Positions 49,101 to 57,722 of a stretch of 64,000 nt of DNA are shown here, in pieces. The notes under the pieces are model-generated. The model saw only the letters and a list, made by a program, of their open reading frames with translations. It did no database searches and was not told the origin of the DNA. Source of the DNA: Lewinellaceae bacterium (GTDB lineage Bacteria; Bacteroidota; Bacteroidia; Chitinophagales; Saprospiraceae); the NCBI GenBank assembly GCA_020636275.1, contig JACJYD010000001.1:80868-144867 (forward strand). The letters run 5' to 3'. Each line of letters begins with the position of its first letter. Position 1 is the stretch's first letter. Both the position numbers and the translations under genes were made by a program.

Positions 49101-49182
49101 AAGCGGAGCGAAGACGCAACCCGGAGGACGCCGGTTTCAATATTTGTACCACTGCGACGATATGGAGGATGAGGGGAAATAA
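46168..49182 (+). CDS. two-module amidohydrolase-superfamily protein (degenerate N-module plus intact C-module)
   Basis: 1004 aa. The C-module has TPGIIDEHSHIAI (HxH) and ends GSIKAGKDADVVVW. The N-module has the same architecture but IDLYVEYG in place of HxH, and ends GSLEKGKSADFLIV. The start may be 46180 or 46186. Confidence 0.8.
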   Translation: MTKSMRMKRIFLLLLTLSGCWAMPSLWSQETFPYNGVSDQREGLYAFTGATIYTTYQEKMENATLLIRDGKVEAVGAQVSIPKGAVVVPCSGKTIYPSFIDLYVEYGLPESKAESRSFRQTPPQELSNKTGAYAWNEALRPEFHAHEQFAPNEKTAVELRKLGFGAVLTHQMDGISRGTGAVVWLGDGKAHEQILQEQASHHLSFSKGSSSQNYPSSLMGCIALLRQTYYDAKWYAGPGKEEEVNLSLQAWNEIQSLPQIFEVDDALNALRACRLGQEFGVHYILKEGGKAYQRLDEIKKTGAPIIVPLNFPEAFDVEDPYDALRVDLADMKHWELAPANPARLAAAGIPIALTTNGQKKLGDFWTSLRKAIQYGLSEEEALKALTYTPANLVGIYDRVGSLEKGKSADFLIVSGDVFGADATIYQNWVKGKPFVLQSMEVPSWTAVYRLQVDDQEWMWHISGNPEKPDMKIVVNDTTEIKPNYKFEQGVLTLSFTAEKDKGAIRLSGTQAHGVWSGRGQLSDGSWVDWQAGPTRAIVDEEKKPEGKKEETPGALGAVTYPFTAYGWTERPEPGSYLIRNATVWTCEAEGVLENTDVLLENGKITRIGKNLPLKQGVMEIDGTGKHVTPGIIDEHSHIAISRGVNEGTQASSAEVRIGDVVNSDDINIYRQLSGGVTTSQLLHGSANPIGGQSALIKLRWGYEPEEMKFEGAAPFIKFALGENVKQSNWGDNARTRYPQTRMGVEQIYEDYFTRAREYGQLKRSGKPYRVDLEMEALLEILESKRFITCHSYRQSEINMLMKVAERFGFRVNTFTHILEGYKVADKMAEHGAGGSSFSDWWAYKFEVYEAIPYNGAIMHEQGVTVAFNSDDAEMARRLNQEAGKAVKYGGVPEEEALKFVTLNPAKLLHIDQRVGSIKAGKDADVVVWSDHPLSVYAVAEKTFVDGIKFFDVDEDLALRETVQKERARLIQKMLAEKKSGAKTQPGGRRFQYLYHCDDMEDEGK

Positions 49183-49203
49183 TAACCATAAAAAAGACAG
49201 AAT

Positions 49204-50475
49204 ATGCGTCTCGTAAATAGTCTATGGATCCTTTTTTTGATGCCCCTTTCCGCTTTCGCGCAATTGACGGTCCCTGCGCCGGCGCAAACGGAGCCGGTCG
49301 TGTTGCTGCACGCCACGGCACATCTGGGCAACGGCAAGGTGATCGAGGATGCTGCGGTGGCCTTTGATCAGGGAAAGATCACTTTCGTAGGGACGAGCAA
49401 GGAATGGCCCGGCTACGACAGCTACATCGCAGTAGATGGATCGGGGAGACACCTGTATCCCGGTTTGATCGCCGCGAATACCACTCTTGGATTGAACGAG
49501 ATCGGCATGGTTCGCGCCACGGTCGACGAACAGGAGATCGGAGAACTCAATCCCAATGTACGCGCTTTGATCGCCTACAACACCGACTCCGAGGTCATTC
49601 CAACCGTCCGTTCCAATGGCGTGTTGCTGGCGCAGATCGTTCCCCAGGGCAGCCAGGTGGCCGGCCAGTCGAGCGTAGTCCAGCTGGATGCCTGGAACTG
49701 GGAGGACGCCGCCTACCGGCCGGATGGCGGTATTCATGTTTACTGGCCCCGAGCCAGCCGGTTCAGCCGCCGGACTTTCCAGGTGGAAAGCAACGAACAA
49801 TACGGGGAAGAACTGATGGCAATGGAGCGGTTGTTTCAGGAAGCTTCAGCCTATGCCAAGGATGCTGATCACGAACGGAAGAATCTGAAACTGGAGGCCA
49901 TGCGTGGACTTTTTTCGGGAGAAAAGACCCTCTTTGTACACGCGGATGAGGCTAAAGACATTCAGCGCGCCGCGTTGTTGGGCGAACAATTCGGCATCAG
50001 GACCGTGATTGTCGGTGGCCGCGACGCCTGGATGGTGGCCAACTTTTTAAGAGAAAAAAAGACCGCGGTGATCTTTCAGCCTACGCAAAGCCTGCCCGGG
50101 CATGAAGACGACGCAGTAGACCAACCCTTCCACACACCTGCCCAGTTGAAGGAAGCCGGAGTGTTGTTTTGCCTGAGCGGCGAAAGCGCCTGGCAGCAGC
50201 GCAACCTTCCATTTCAAGCCGGTCAGGCCGTAGGACACGGTTTGGACCGGGAGGCGGCCCTCCAGGCAATTACCCTGGACGCTGCCCGGATTCTGGGCAT
50301 AGACCAGACGACCGGTTCCATCGAAAAGGGCAAAGACGCGACTTTGTTCCTCTCCTCCGGCGACGTGTTGGACATGCGGTCCTCTGTTGTGGAAACGGCC
50401 TTTATCCAGGGCCGGAAGATCGATCTGAACGACAAACACAAGGCCTTATACCAGAAATTCAAGCAGAAATATTGA
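49204..50475 (+). CDS. amidohydrolase-superfamily protein lacking the HxH motif
   Basis: 423 aa with a signal peptide. The architecture ..GKITFVG...AVDGSGRHLYPGLIAANTTLG.. and tail GSIEKGKDATLFLSSGDVLD fit the fold, but HxH is replaced by ANT. Confidence 0.75.
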   Translation: MRLVNSLWILFLMPLSAFAQLTVPAPAQTEPVVLLHATAHLGNGKVIEDAAVAFDQGKITFVGTSKEWPGYDSYIAVDGSGRHLYPGLIAANTTLGLNEIGMVRATVDEQEIGELNPNVRALIAYNTDSEVIPTVRSNGVLLAQIVPQGSQVAGQSSVVQLDAWNWEDAAYRPDGGIHVYWPRASRFSRRTFQVESNEQYGEELMAMERLFQEASAYAKDADHERKNLKLEAMRGLFSGEKTLFVHADEAKDIQRAALLGEQFGIRTVIVGGRDAWMVANFLREKKTAVIFQPTQSLPGHEDDAVDQPFHTPAQLKEAGVLFCLSGESAWQQRNLPFQAGQAVGHGLDREAALQAITLDAARILGIDQTTGSIEKGKDATLFLSSGDVLDMRSSVVETAFIQGRKIDLNDKHKALYQKFKQKY

Positions 50476-50570
50476 TGATTGGGGTGAAGCCCCGGTATGA
50501 AAAAAATAACAGACCCTTAAGCAACTTCCGGGGGCCTTTGTGCGTACAAAGGGGGAGATAAATCTGAATT

Positions 50571-51182
50571 ATGAAAAAATATTTGCTGGTAGTCGTTCTG
50601 GTTTCTTCGGTGGCATCCCTTTTTGCACAGGAAATCCCTACCGAGCGGCGCAAGACGGTAGAGATCGATGGAAATATCCTGACCCAGATCGTCACGGAAC
50701 AAGGTGATACGTTGCTGCTGGCCAATCTGGAAGACATCTCCGTTTCGTCGCCCCGCTCGTTTAAGAACAGGGACGAATACCTGCTTTATATGAAATACCG
50801 GAAGTACGCATTGATCGTCTATCCCTATGCCAAGGAGGCGATCCGGATCTTTCGGGAGACCGAACGGGCGACCAATGAAATGAAAGACCGGCAGCGCAAG
50901 CGGTACATCCGGAAACTGCAGCGTGAACTCGAGGAGGAATTCGAGCAACCCCTGAAAAACCTGACCCGAACCCAGGGGTATATCCTCGTCAAAATGGTGG
51001 AACGAGAACTGGATACCAACATGTACGACCTGATCAAAAGCCTTCGGGGCGGGGTTACAGCCGCTTATTGGGGTACGTTCAGCCGCTTTTACGGATTTCA
51101 GTTGAAAGATGGATATATCATTGGCGCCGACCCCATCCTGGATGTGGTCTTGCAGGACTTTGATATTTCCTACAAATTCTAG
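50571..51182 (+). CDS. hypothetical secreted protein (DUF4294-like)
   Basis: 203 aa with signal peptide MKKYLLVVVLVSSVASLFAQ and a basic helical middle region. The family guess is from size and composition only. Confidence 0.45.
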   Translation: MKKYLLVVVLVSSVASLFAQEIPTERRKTVEIDGNILTQIVTEQGDTLLLANLEDISVSSPRSFKNRDEYLLYMKYRKYALIVYPYAKEAIRIFRETERATNEMKDRQRKRYIRKLQRELEEEFEQPLKNLTRTQGYILVKMVERELDTNMYDLIKSLRGGVTAAYWGTFSRFYGFQLKDGYIIGADPILDVVLQDFDISYKF

Positions 51183-51194
51183 TTGGAAAAATTA

Positions 51195-52046
51195 ATGAAG
51201 ATCCCACGCCCCCAACCTTCCGAATACGCACCCTATTACCAACCATTTGTGGACCTGGTACCGGAAGGAGATGTGTTGCGTATGCTCAATCTCCAAAAGA
51301 TCGGCTTTTCTGAATTTTTATACTCCATCCCGGACGATAAATGGACCTATCACTATGCGCCGGGCAAGTTCTCCGTGGCCGAGGTGTTGTCTCATATCAT
51401 CGACACAGAGCGCATCTTCACCTACCGGGCGCTTCGCTTTGCCCGCAACGATCAAACCGCCTTGCCGGGCTATGACCAGGACGAACTGGCCGTAATGAGC
51501 GGAGCGGATTTTCGAAGCAAATCATCCATTGAGACCGAATACCTGACCGTTCGAAACGCCACGATTGAATTGTTCCGGACCTTCGACGAAGCGTCGCTCA
51601 ACAGAGTGGGCACGGCAAGCGACCGGGAATTGTCCGTCCGCGCCATCCCCTACATCCTCGTCGGACACGAACTTCACCACCTGGAGGTCATCAAGCAGCG
51701 CTATCTAAAAGGGGAGGTTGCCATGGCTTCCGAACTCCCCTGGCGCTTTTCCATGGTGCGCGCCGTCAAAGAACTGCAAAAACAGAACCAACGGACTCCC
51801 TTTGTGCAGCTCATGAACGAACAGGAGTTTACGGTCGAATGGTATGCACCCCAGGGGATTGATTCCCAGACCCCCCACCTGGAAGACGAATTGTATATCG
51901 TCGCAAGCGGCAGCGGTACCTTTGAGAACGGCGGCCAAACCGTTCCCTTTTCCGCCGGTGACGTCCTCTTTGTACCGGCGGGTCAGGAGCACCGGTTCGT
52001 CAACTTTTCCGACGATTTTGCGACCTGGGTGGTGTTTTTTAAATAG
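51195..52046 (+). CDS. DinB-family (four-helix bundle) domain fused to a C-terminal cupin domain
   Basis: The N-half (YAPGKFSVAEVLSHIIDTERIF...LVGHELHHLEVI) resembles DinB_2 with His ligands. The C-half (ELYIVASGSGTFENGGQTVPFSAGDVLFVPAGQEHRFVNFSDDF) is a classic cupin motif. Confidence 0.6.
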   Translation: MKIPRPQPSEYAPYYQPFVDLVPEGDVLRMLNLQKIGFSEFLYSIPDDKWTYHYAPGKFSVAEVLSHIIDTERIFTYRALRFARNDQTALPGYDQDELAVMSGADFRSKSSIETEYLTVRNATIELFRTFDEASLNRVGTASDRELSVRAIPYILVGHELHHLEVIKQRYLKGEVAMASELPWRFSMVRAVKELQKQNQRTPFVQLMNEQEFTVEWYAPQGIDSQTPHLEDELYIVASGSGTFENGGQTVPFSAGDVLFVPAGQEHRFVNFSDDFATWVVFFK

Positions 52047-52191
52047 GATTTAAATGGGATGTATTGAAGGATCAGGGGAAATAAGGAGAAGAAAAAGGGG
52101 AGTGATGAAAATCATTGGAATTGGAGGGAAAATGGTTTTAATAGAAACGTGGTAAATGTTTACCGCTTTTTTTAACCTAAAACCCTGAGTC

Positions 52192-52797
52192 ATGAAAAAT
52201 CTTTTATTATTCGTGTTCTTGCTCCTTGGGCTTAGCCTCTCTGCCCAGGTTGAGAAGAACCGGGCAGCCTTAAGTTTCAATTCCTTTAATCCCGGTCTTT
52301 CCACAATTGCCGGGTCCAATCCAAATGGGCTTGGATTGGCCTTCACAACGACAAAGTTCTCAGAAGACGAGGAAGGAACCAAAGATTTTTCGGGAGGCTT
52401 GAGCAGCAATGTTCATTACTTCTTCCTGAAGAATTTCTCCGTGGGGTTCTTAGTGAACGGTTATCTGACCTCGAGTGAGGGCGAAATGATTTTACTTTTA
52501 TCGACCGGCACGGAACTTCGGTATTACATCCCAATAGCTCAAAAGTGGAATTTCTACCTCAAAGCAAACGGCATGTATGGAAAGATGAATGTACGATATG
52601 ACAAAGAGTGGAGCGAGTACCCCATGACGGAATTTTCATACACGGCTGGAGGCGGAATTGCCTTTTTCCTGGCTCCCAGTGCATCGATAGATCTGTTTGC
52701 GGGTTACCGAAACACCGATTGGAAAATGGAAGGAGAAACCCTCCTGAAGATCTCCGATATGGTATTTGACATTGGATTTACCCTGTTTTTGAAATAA
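52192..52797 (+). CDS. small outer-membrane beta-barrel protein
   Basis: 201 aa with signal peptide MKNLLLFVFLLLGLSLSAQ, alternating strands, and the C-terminal ...FDIGFTLFLK. Confidence 0.55.
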   Translation: MKNLLLFVFLLLGLSLSAQVEKNRAALSFNSFNPGLSTIAGSNPNGLGLAFTTTKFSEDEEGTKDFSGGLSSNVHYFFLKNFSVGFLVNGYLTSSEGEMILLLSTGTELRYYIPIAQKWNFYLKANGMYGKMNVRYDKEWSEYPMTEFSYTAGGGIAFFLAPSASIDLFAGYRNTDWKMEGETLLKISDMVFDIGFTLFLK

Positions 52798-52808
52798 TTT
52801 GGGTTCAA

Positions 52809-52861
52809 AAATAAATGGAGTGGGTGGGAGGGCGCAGCCCCCTCACCCACTCCATTTATTT
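52809..52861. terminator. long imperfect hairpin between convergent genes (bidirectional terminator candidate)
   Basis: AAATAAATGGAGTGGGTG (52809-52826) pairs perfectly with CACCCACTCCATTTATTT (52844-52861). Additional GAGGG/CCCTC pairs lie inside after a small bulge. The right arm overlaps the stop of the minus-strand gene. Confidence 0.65.
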
Positions 52862-53680
52862 AGATGCCGGATCTTGCAAAAAGATGCGGCTCAATGCATC
52901 GTACAAGTCGGGCCGTACCGCTTTAAAGCGCTCCGGCAGCGTGAAAAAATAGGTGATACAAACCGGCAGGATGGCTACCTCGGGCAAGCCGATGTATTTT
53001 GTCAGGCGTTCCCGGTCGATGCCGCTGATCTGCCGGATATCCTCCCAGGTGGAAGCATCGACCATGGGGTAGTCCTTATCCCGGTATCTCAGCAGAAAAG
53101 CCTGCGCCATTTCATGCAATCCAACGGGGTAGTATTGCAAGGGATTGAGAAACCCTTTCATGAGGTGGTCCATGCTGAAGAGGAATACCCCGTCTTCTTC
53201 GAAAACTTCGGAAGCGTGCCAGTGTTTCGGAAACTGTGGGGAAGGGAAGGCGCCCGGGTAGAGCACTACATTTTCAAAGGGGGGTAACAAAAATTGGTCG
53301 AGCCCCAAGGTGATCTGTGCGCCGTAAAAACCGATGATCGCAATTACGTCATTAGGCACCGACTCCATGGCTTGCGGTTTAAAATCGATCGACATGGAAA
53401 ACAGGCCTATCCGGTCACGCAACAGCTTTTTCTGCTCGGCCGAGAGCTTGTTGTAATAAGGGCTGCGTTGTGTGAGCAGTTGCCGGATCTTCGGATCCAG
53501 CTCGGGAGGATTACGCCTGGCCACCCACCAATCGATCTGGGGGCTGAGGACGAAAAGAATAGCCAGCCCAACCACCGGAGGGATGATGTAAAGGGCGTAT
53601 TTTTCATCTACTTCCCAGGTAAAGTAAAGAAAAACGAGCGCTATTATGATGAGCGGGATTGCGAACCATTTCCAGGACAT
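52856..53680 (-). CDS. hypothetical membrane-anchored protein (possible degenerate MtfA/M90-like fold)
   Basis: 274 aa with two N-terminal transmembrane helices. The motif GLHEMAQAF sits where an HExxH zinc site would be, but the second His is Gln. Confidence 0.45.
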   Translation of the reverse strand: MSWKWFAIPLIIIALVFLYFTWEVDEKYALYIIPPVVGLAILFVLSPQIDWWVARRNPPELDPKIRQLLTQRSPYYNKLSAEQKKLLRDRIGLFSMSIDFKPQAMESVPNDVIAIIGFYGAQITLGLDQFLLPPFENVVLYPGAFPSPQFPKHWHASEVFEEDGVFLFSMDHLMKGFLNPLQYYPVGLHEMAQAFLLRYRDKDYPMVDASTWEDIRQISGIDRERLTKYIGLPEVAILPVCITYFFTLPERFKAVRPDLYDALSRIFLQDPASK

Positions 53681-53775
53681 AGAAATATGAATTGTCTAAA
53701 TCGGTGTTTATCGAAAACAATTTCAGGTTAAAAACCGTACTTTATGGTAACAAGTTGCATCTAAATGATAAAACC

Positions 53776-53816
53776 TCAACAAAGAGGAATGATCTCCGGT
53801 CATTCCTCTTTGTTGA
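53776..53816. other. 17-bp perfect hairpin in a divergent intergenic region
   Basis: TCAACAAAGAGGAATGA (53776-53792) pairs with TCATTCCTCTTTGTTGA (53800-53816) around loop TCTCCGG. It ends 15 nt upstream of the ATG at 53831. Confidence 0.6.
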
Positions 53817-53830
53817 AAATAGTATTCAAA

Positions 53831-54151
53831 ATGGCACTTTTGCGTTTTTTTAAGCCTCCCCCTCATCAGCGGTACGAATATAAGCCCCGTTTTTGGGATC
53901 CGGAAAAAGAAGATCTCAAGGATCGCCTCGAACGGGCCTCGGAAGAAAAGAAGGGAGATTCCGAGATGATGAAGTCCCGCATTTCCGATCACTTTTCCCG
54001 GCGTAGTTCCAAAGGAGGGGTAGCGCCTGGATTTCGCGAGCGGCAGGTTGCCAGCTCCAATTTTCGGTTGGTCCTGGTATTGGCGGTCATTATTTTGCTG
54101 ACCTATTGGGTCCTGACGGCAATACCCGGATTTTTTGCGATGTTTGAGTAA
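53831..54151 (+). CDS. small tail-anchored membrane protein (hypothetical)
   Basis: 106 aa. MALLRFFKPPPHQRYEYKPRFWDPEKEDL... is a charged N-region, followed by a single C-terminal transmembrane helix LVLVLAVIILLTYWVLTAIPGFFAMF. The ATG at 53831 is preferred over 53765, which would translate the hairpin. Confidence 0.45.
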   Translation: MALLRFFKPPPHQRYEYKPRFWDPEKEDLKDRLERASEEKKGDSEMMKSRISDHFSRRSSKGGVAPGFRERQVASSNFRLVLVLAVIILLTYWVLTAIPGFFAMFE

Positions 54152-54223
54152 AGATTTGTTTTACCTCCGGCGCCGGGATGCTGAAAGCAGGGCGTTTGGA
54201 AATGGAGAAAAAGAGAAAGACCT

Positions 54224-56056
54224 ATGGCTGATATCATTCAGCTTTTGCCTGATTCGATTGCCAATCAGATCGCGGCAGGGGAAGTTATTACCCGGCCCGC
54301 TTCCGTGGTGAAGGAATTGCTGGAAAACGCAGTTGATGCAGGAGCAACCAGTATCAAATTGATCATCAAAGAAGCCGGGAAAACCCTGATCCAGGTGGTG
54401 GACGACGGTTGTGGCATGTCGGAAACAGACGCCCGCTTGAGTTTTGAACGGCACGCTACGTCCAAGATCCGTACCTCTCAAGACCTGAGCTGTGTCCGGA
54501 CTATGGGGTTTCGGGGCGAAGCCCTTGCTTCTATCGCGGCTATCGCCCAAGTGGAGCTAAAGACCCGTCTCCACTCGGAAGAACACGGCACCCGGGTGCT
54601 GATCGAGGGTTCCCATGTAAAATCCCAGGAACCGGAGTCCTGCCAGCCGGGCACTTCTTTTTTGGTGAAAAACCTGTTCTTCAACGTGCCGGCCCGCCGG
54701 AATTTTTTGAAGTCCAACCCCGTGGAGTTTCGTCATATTCTGGATGAATTCCAGCGCATCGCGATCGCCAATCCGGATATCTTCTTTTCCCTGTATCATG
54801 ACGGACGGGAGGAGTACCATCTTCCCGCAGCCAATCTTCGCCAGCGCCTGGTGGGGGTCCTGGGGTCCAATACCAATAAGAAGCTGGTACCCGTGCGGGA
54901 AGATACCGACATTCTCCGGTTGTACGGCTTTGTCGGAAAGCCGGAATTTGCCAAGAAGACCCGCGGCGAGCAATACTTTTTTGTCAATAACCGATTTATC
55001 AAGAGCAGCTACCTGAACCACGCCGTGGTACAAGCCTTTGAAGATCTCCTGCCAAAAGAAGCCTACCCGCTTTACGCGATCTTCATCGACATCGATCCGG
55101 CCCGGATTGATGTGAATATCCACCCGACCAAGCAAGAGATCAAGTTTGAAGATGAGCGGCTGGTGTACAACTACCTGAAAGTTGCCATCCGGCATGCGCT
55201 GGGCAGGCATAGTATCATTCCCATGCTGGATTTCGACCAGGAACCGAGTATTACCCGGGCTTCGACCCAGCGTCCGAACCTATGGCCTGACCATCAAAAC
55301 CCTCCGGCCTCACCTGGGTTTCCCTCTTCCTCCGAGCTGCAAAACTGGCAGAAATTGTTCGAAGGCCTCGAGCGCGCCCCGGAAGAAAGTCCCCTGAGCC
55401 CGGAAGAAATGTCCCGTCCGGTGACGATTGAAAGTAATTGGAAGGGTGCGCAGTCGGAGATCGACGATGGCCTGGGCGGTTTTCAAAAACAGCACAGGGA
55501 ACCCTACCAAATGCATTCCTCCTATATTGTAAGCCCGATCAAATCGGGTTTTTTACTGATCGATCAGCAGGCGGCCCACGAGCGGATATTGTATGAAAAA
55601 TTTTTGGCGGCGATGGAAGAAAACCTGGTCCAGACCCAGCAGGAACTTTTTCCCCGCACCATTGAACTATCGCCGGCCGATGCCGCTTTATTGAAACAGA
55701 TCCTTCCGGAGATCCATCAACTGGGATTTGATATCCAGGAGTTTGGCCAGGCCAGTTTTGTGCTGCATGGTTTGCCTGCCGAATTCCCTGCGGGAGAAGA
55801 TGCCCAGGCTATGATCGAACGGTTGCTGGAGCAGTTTAAGTTGAATACCGATATGAAACTCAACCTTCGCGACAGCCTCGCCCGGGCGATGGCACGCGGG
55901 GCGTCGACCAAGAGAGGGCAGCCGTTAACCGTTCCGGAAATGCAGTCCCTGATCGATCAATTATTTGCCTGTTCGGTTCCGTTTCAAAGTCCTTCCGGCC
56001 GGCAGTGTTTTCTGACGTTCACCCTGGAGGACATTGAAAAGAAATTATCTTCGTAA
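54224..56056 (+). CDS. mutL: DNA mismatch repair protein MutL
   Basis: 610 aa. The N-terminus IQLLPDSIANQIAAGEVITRPASVVKELLENAVDAGAT is the GHKL ATPase signature of MutL. A C-terminal dimerisation domain is present. Confidence 0.95.
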   Translation: MADIIQLLPDSIANQIAAGEVITRPASVVKELLENAVDAGATSIKLIIKEAGKTLIQVVDDGCGMSETDARLSFERHATSKIRTSQDLSCVRTMGFRGEALASIAAIAQVELKTRLHSEEHGTRVLIEGSHVKSQEPESCQPGTSFLVKNLFFNVPARRNFLKSNPVEFRHILDEFQRIAIANPDIFFSLYHDGREEYHLPAANLRQRLVGVLGSNTNKKLVPVREDTDILRLYGFVGKPEFAKKTRGEQYFFVNNRFIKSSYLNHAVVQAFEDLLPKEAYPLYAIFIDIDPARIDVNIHPTKQEIKFEDERLVYNYLKVAIRHALGRHSIIPMLDFDQEPSITRASTQRPNLWPDHQNPPASPGFPSSSELQNWQKLFEGLERAPEESPLSPEEMSRPVTIESNWKGAQSEIDDGLGGFQKQHREPYQMHSSYIVSPIKSGFLLIDQQAAHERILYEKFLAAMEENLVQTQQELFPRTIELSPADAALLKQILPEIHQLGFDIQEFGQASFVLHGLPAEFPAGEDAQAMIERLLEQFKLNTDMKLNLRDSLARAMARGASTKRGQPLTVPEMQSLIDQLFACSVPFQSPSGRQCFLTFTLEDIEKKLSS

Positions 56057-56065
56057 ATTTCAACC

Positions 56066-56668
56066 ATGTATCGCATCACCGACACCGTAAAGCATTTGCT
56101 CATTATAAATGTGCTGGTCTATTTCGGCACACTGTTATTGGGACCCCAGCGTTATGCCCTGGCTGTGTACTTTCCGACCTCCGAGTTTTTCCGGCCGTAT
56201 CAGATCGTCACGCATATGTTTATGCACGGGAATCTGACCCATTTGTTTTTCAATATGTTCGGTCTGTTCATGTTTGGTCCGCCGCTGGAATCCATATGGG
56301 GGCCGAAGCGATTTTTGGGGTATTACCTGATCACCGGATTCGGCGCTTTGGGGCTGCATTTGTTGGCGACCTACATTGAAATTCAGATGGATCCAGGGAT
56401 GGCCAGTACGATCAACGTTCCGATGCTGGGTGCTTCGGGCGCTATTTTTGGATTATTGGCAGGATTCGGAATGATCTTTCCCAATGCCACGATCATGTTG
56501 TTGTTCCCTCCCATTCCTATCAAGGCCAAATATTTCGTATTGATCTACGCCGCCATCGAATTTTTCCTCGGTGTTAGCAACCCGAACGGAGGGGTGGCTC
56601 ATTTTGCCCACGTAGGCGGGGCACTTTTTGGGGTGCTTTTGGTGTTGTATTGGCGGTATAAGCGATAG
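56066..56668 (+). CDS. rhomboid family intramembrane serine protease
   Basis: 200 aa with six transmembrane helices, HMFMHGNLTHLFFNM, catalytic GASGAIFG and HVGGALFG motifs. Confidence 0.85.
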   Translation: MYRITDTVKHLLIINVLVYFGTLLLGPQRYALAVYFPTSEFFRPYQIVTHMFMHGNLTHLFFNMFGLFMFGPPLESIWGPKRFLGYYLITGFGALGLHLLATYIEIQMDPGMASTINVPMLGASGAIFGLLAGFGMIFPNATIMLLFPPIPIKAKYFVLIYAAIEFFLGVSNPNGGVAHFAHVGGALFGVLLVLYWRYKR

Positions 56669-56754
56669 TTCAGGAAAATGGATCCGGTTTGAAATTAAGC
56701 GGGTAAGGTTTTAAATTTGGGTGCGGGAGGGTTCCCGAGTAAACAGCGTGTCGA

Positions 56755-57720
56755 ATGTTTGAATCGATTTGGAGAGACATTAAAAATTCCTTTCGCCATG
56801 GCAACATGGTGACCCGCCTCATTTGGGCCAATGTTATCGTTTTTATCATTGTCAACATTGCCCGTTTTTTCATCCGGCTCAAAGTGGGGGCTGACCATGT
56901 AGCTTTTCAGGAGGCGCTGGAAAGATTTTTGAAATTCTTTGCCATTTCGAGCGATCTTTTTTTCGACCTCACCCACCCCTGGGTGATCTTCACCAACATG
57001 TTCCTGCACGAAGGGGTTTGGCATATTGCCATCAACATGCTGTTCCTGATGTGGTTCGGCCGCATCGTCGGCGATCTGATCGGCAATCGACGCATCCTGC
57101 CTTTGTATCTGATCACAGGCCTGGCGGGTGCTTTCCTCTACCTGGCCACGGCAAAGTGGTTTTACGATAAGCCGAGCATGGCCTACGGCGCCTCGGCAGC
57201 GGTTATGGGCATTATGGCCACCGCCGGTACCCTCGCTCCCGATTACAATATTCGACTCATTCTCATCGGGGATGTAAAGTTGAAGTATATCGTCATGTTT
57301 TTTCTGCTATTGGATATCATCGGATTTGCCAATATGGAGAACACCGGGGGGCACATTGCCCACCTGGGAGGCGCCCTAATGGGGTTTTTCTTTACCCGGC
57401 AATTGCAGGTAGGACACGACTGGTCCGAGCCGATTAACCAGATATTCGATAGTATTACTGCATTTTTTTCCCGTTTCTGGACCGGAAAAGGGCCCGGTCC
57501 GAGAGTAGCATACCGGGACCCCGACCTGAAAGTAAAAGCCAAGGCAAAAGCTGCACAGGGCAAAACGGCGCGGTCGTCGAAAAAGGGAAGCAGCAGCAGC
57601 GATCTGTCGCATCAGGAGCAATTGGACGCTATTTTGGACAAGATCAAGCATTCCGGGTATGAAAGCCTGACCGCAGAGGAAAAGGAGTTTTTATTCAACG
57701 CGAGCAAGAAACATGAATAG
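56755..57720 (+). CDS. rhomboid family intramembrane serine protease with a C-terminal cytoplasmic extension
   Basis: 321 aa with FLHEGVWHIAINM, GASAAVMG and HLGGALMG motifs. A Lys/Ser-rich linker and a helical tail (HQEQLDAILDKIKHSGYESLTAEEKEFL) follow. Confidence 0.8.
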   Translation: MFESIWRDIKNSFRHGNMVTRLIWANVIVFIIVNIARFFIRLKVGADHVAFQEALERFLKFFAISSDLFFDLTHPWVIFTNMFLHEGVWHIAINMLFLMWFGRIVGDLIGNRRILPLYLITGLAGAFLYLATAKWFYDKPSMAYGASAAVMGIMATAGTLAPDYNIRLILIGDVKLKYIVMFFLLLDIIGFANMENTGGHIAHLGGALMGFFFTRQLQVGHDWSEPINQIFDSITAFFSRFWTGKGPGPRVAYRDPDLKVKAKAKAAQGKTARSSKKGSSSSDLSHQEQLDAILDKIKHSGYESLTAEEKEFLFNASKKHE

Positions 57721-57722
57721 CC

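Noticed and set aside
46543-49152. Two long minus-strand ORFs (46543-47631 and 48121-49152) inside the 1004-aa amidohydrolase gene
   Set aside because: They are shadow ORFs. The plus-strand frame has canonical amidohydrolase motifs along its whole length.
52050-52150. Purine-rich, almost C-free plus-strand tract between the DinB-cupin gene and the small OMP gene (also read as a 119-aa minus-strand ORF, 52050-52409)
   Set aside because: I saw no repeat periodicity, hairpin or conserved motif. The minus-strand ORF overlaps the OMP gene start and translates to low-complexity Pro/Ile/Leu/Ser sequence. It is probably just a biased spacer.
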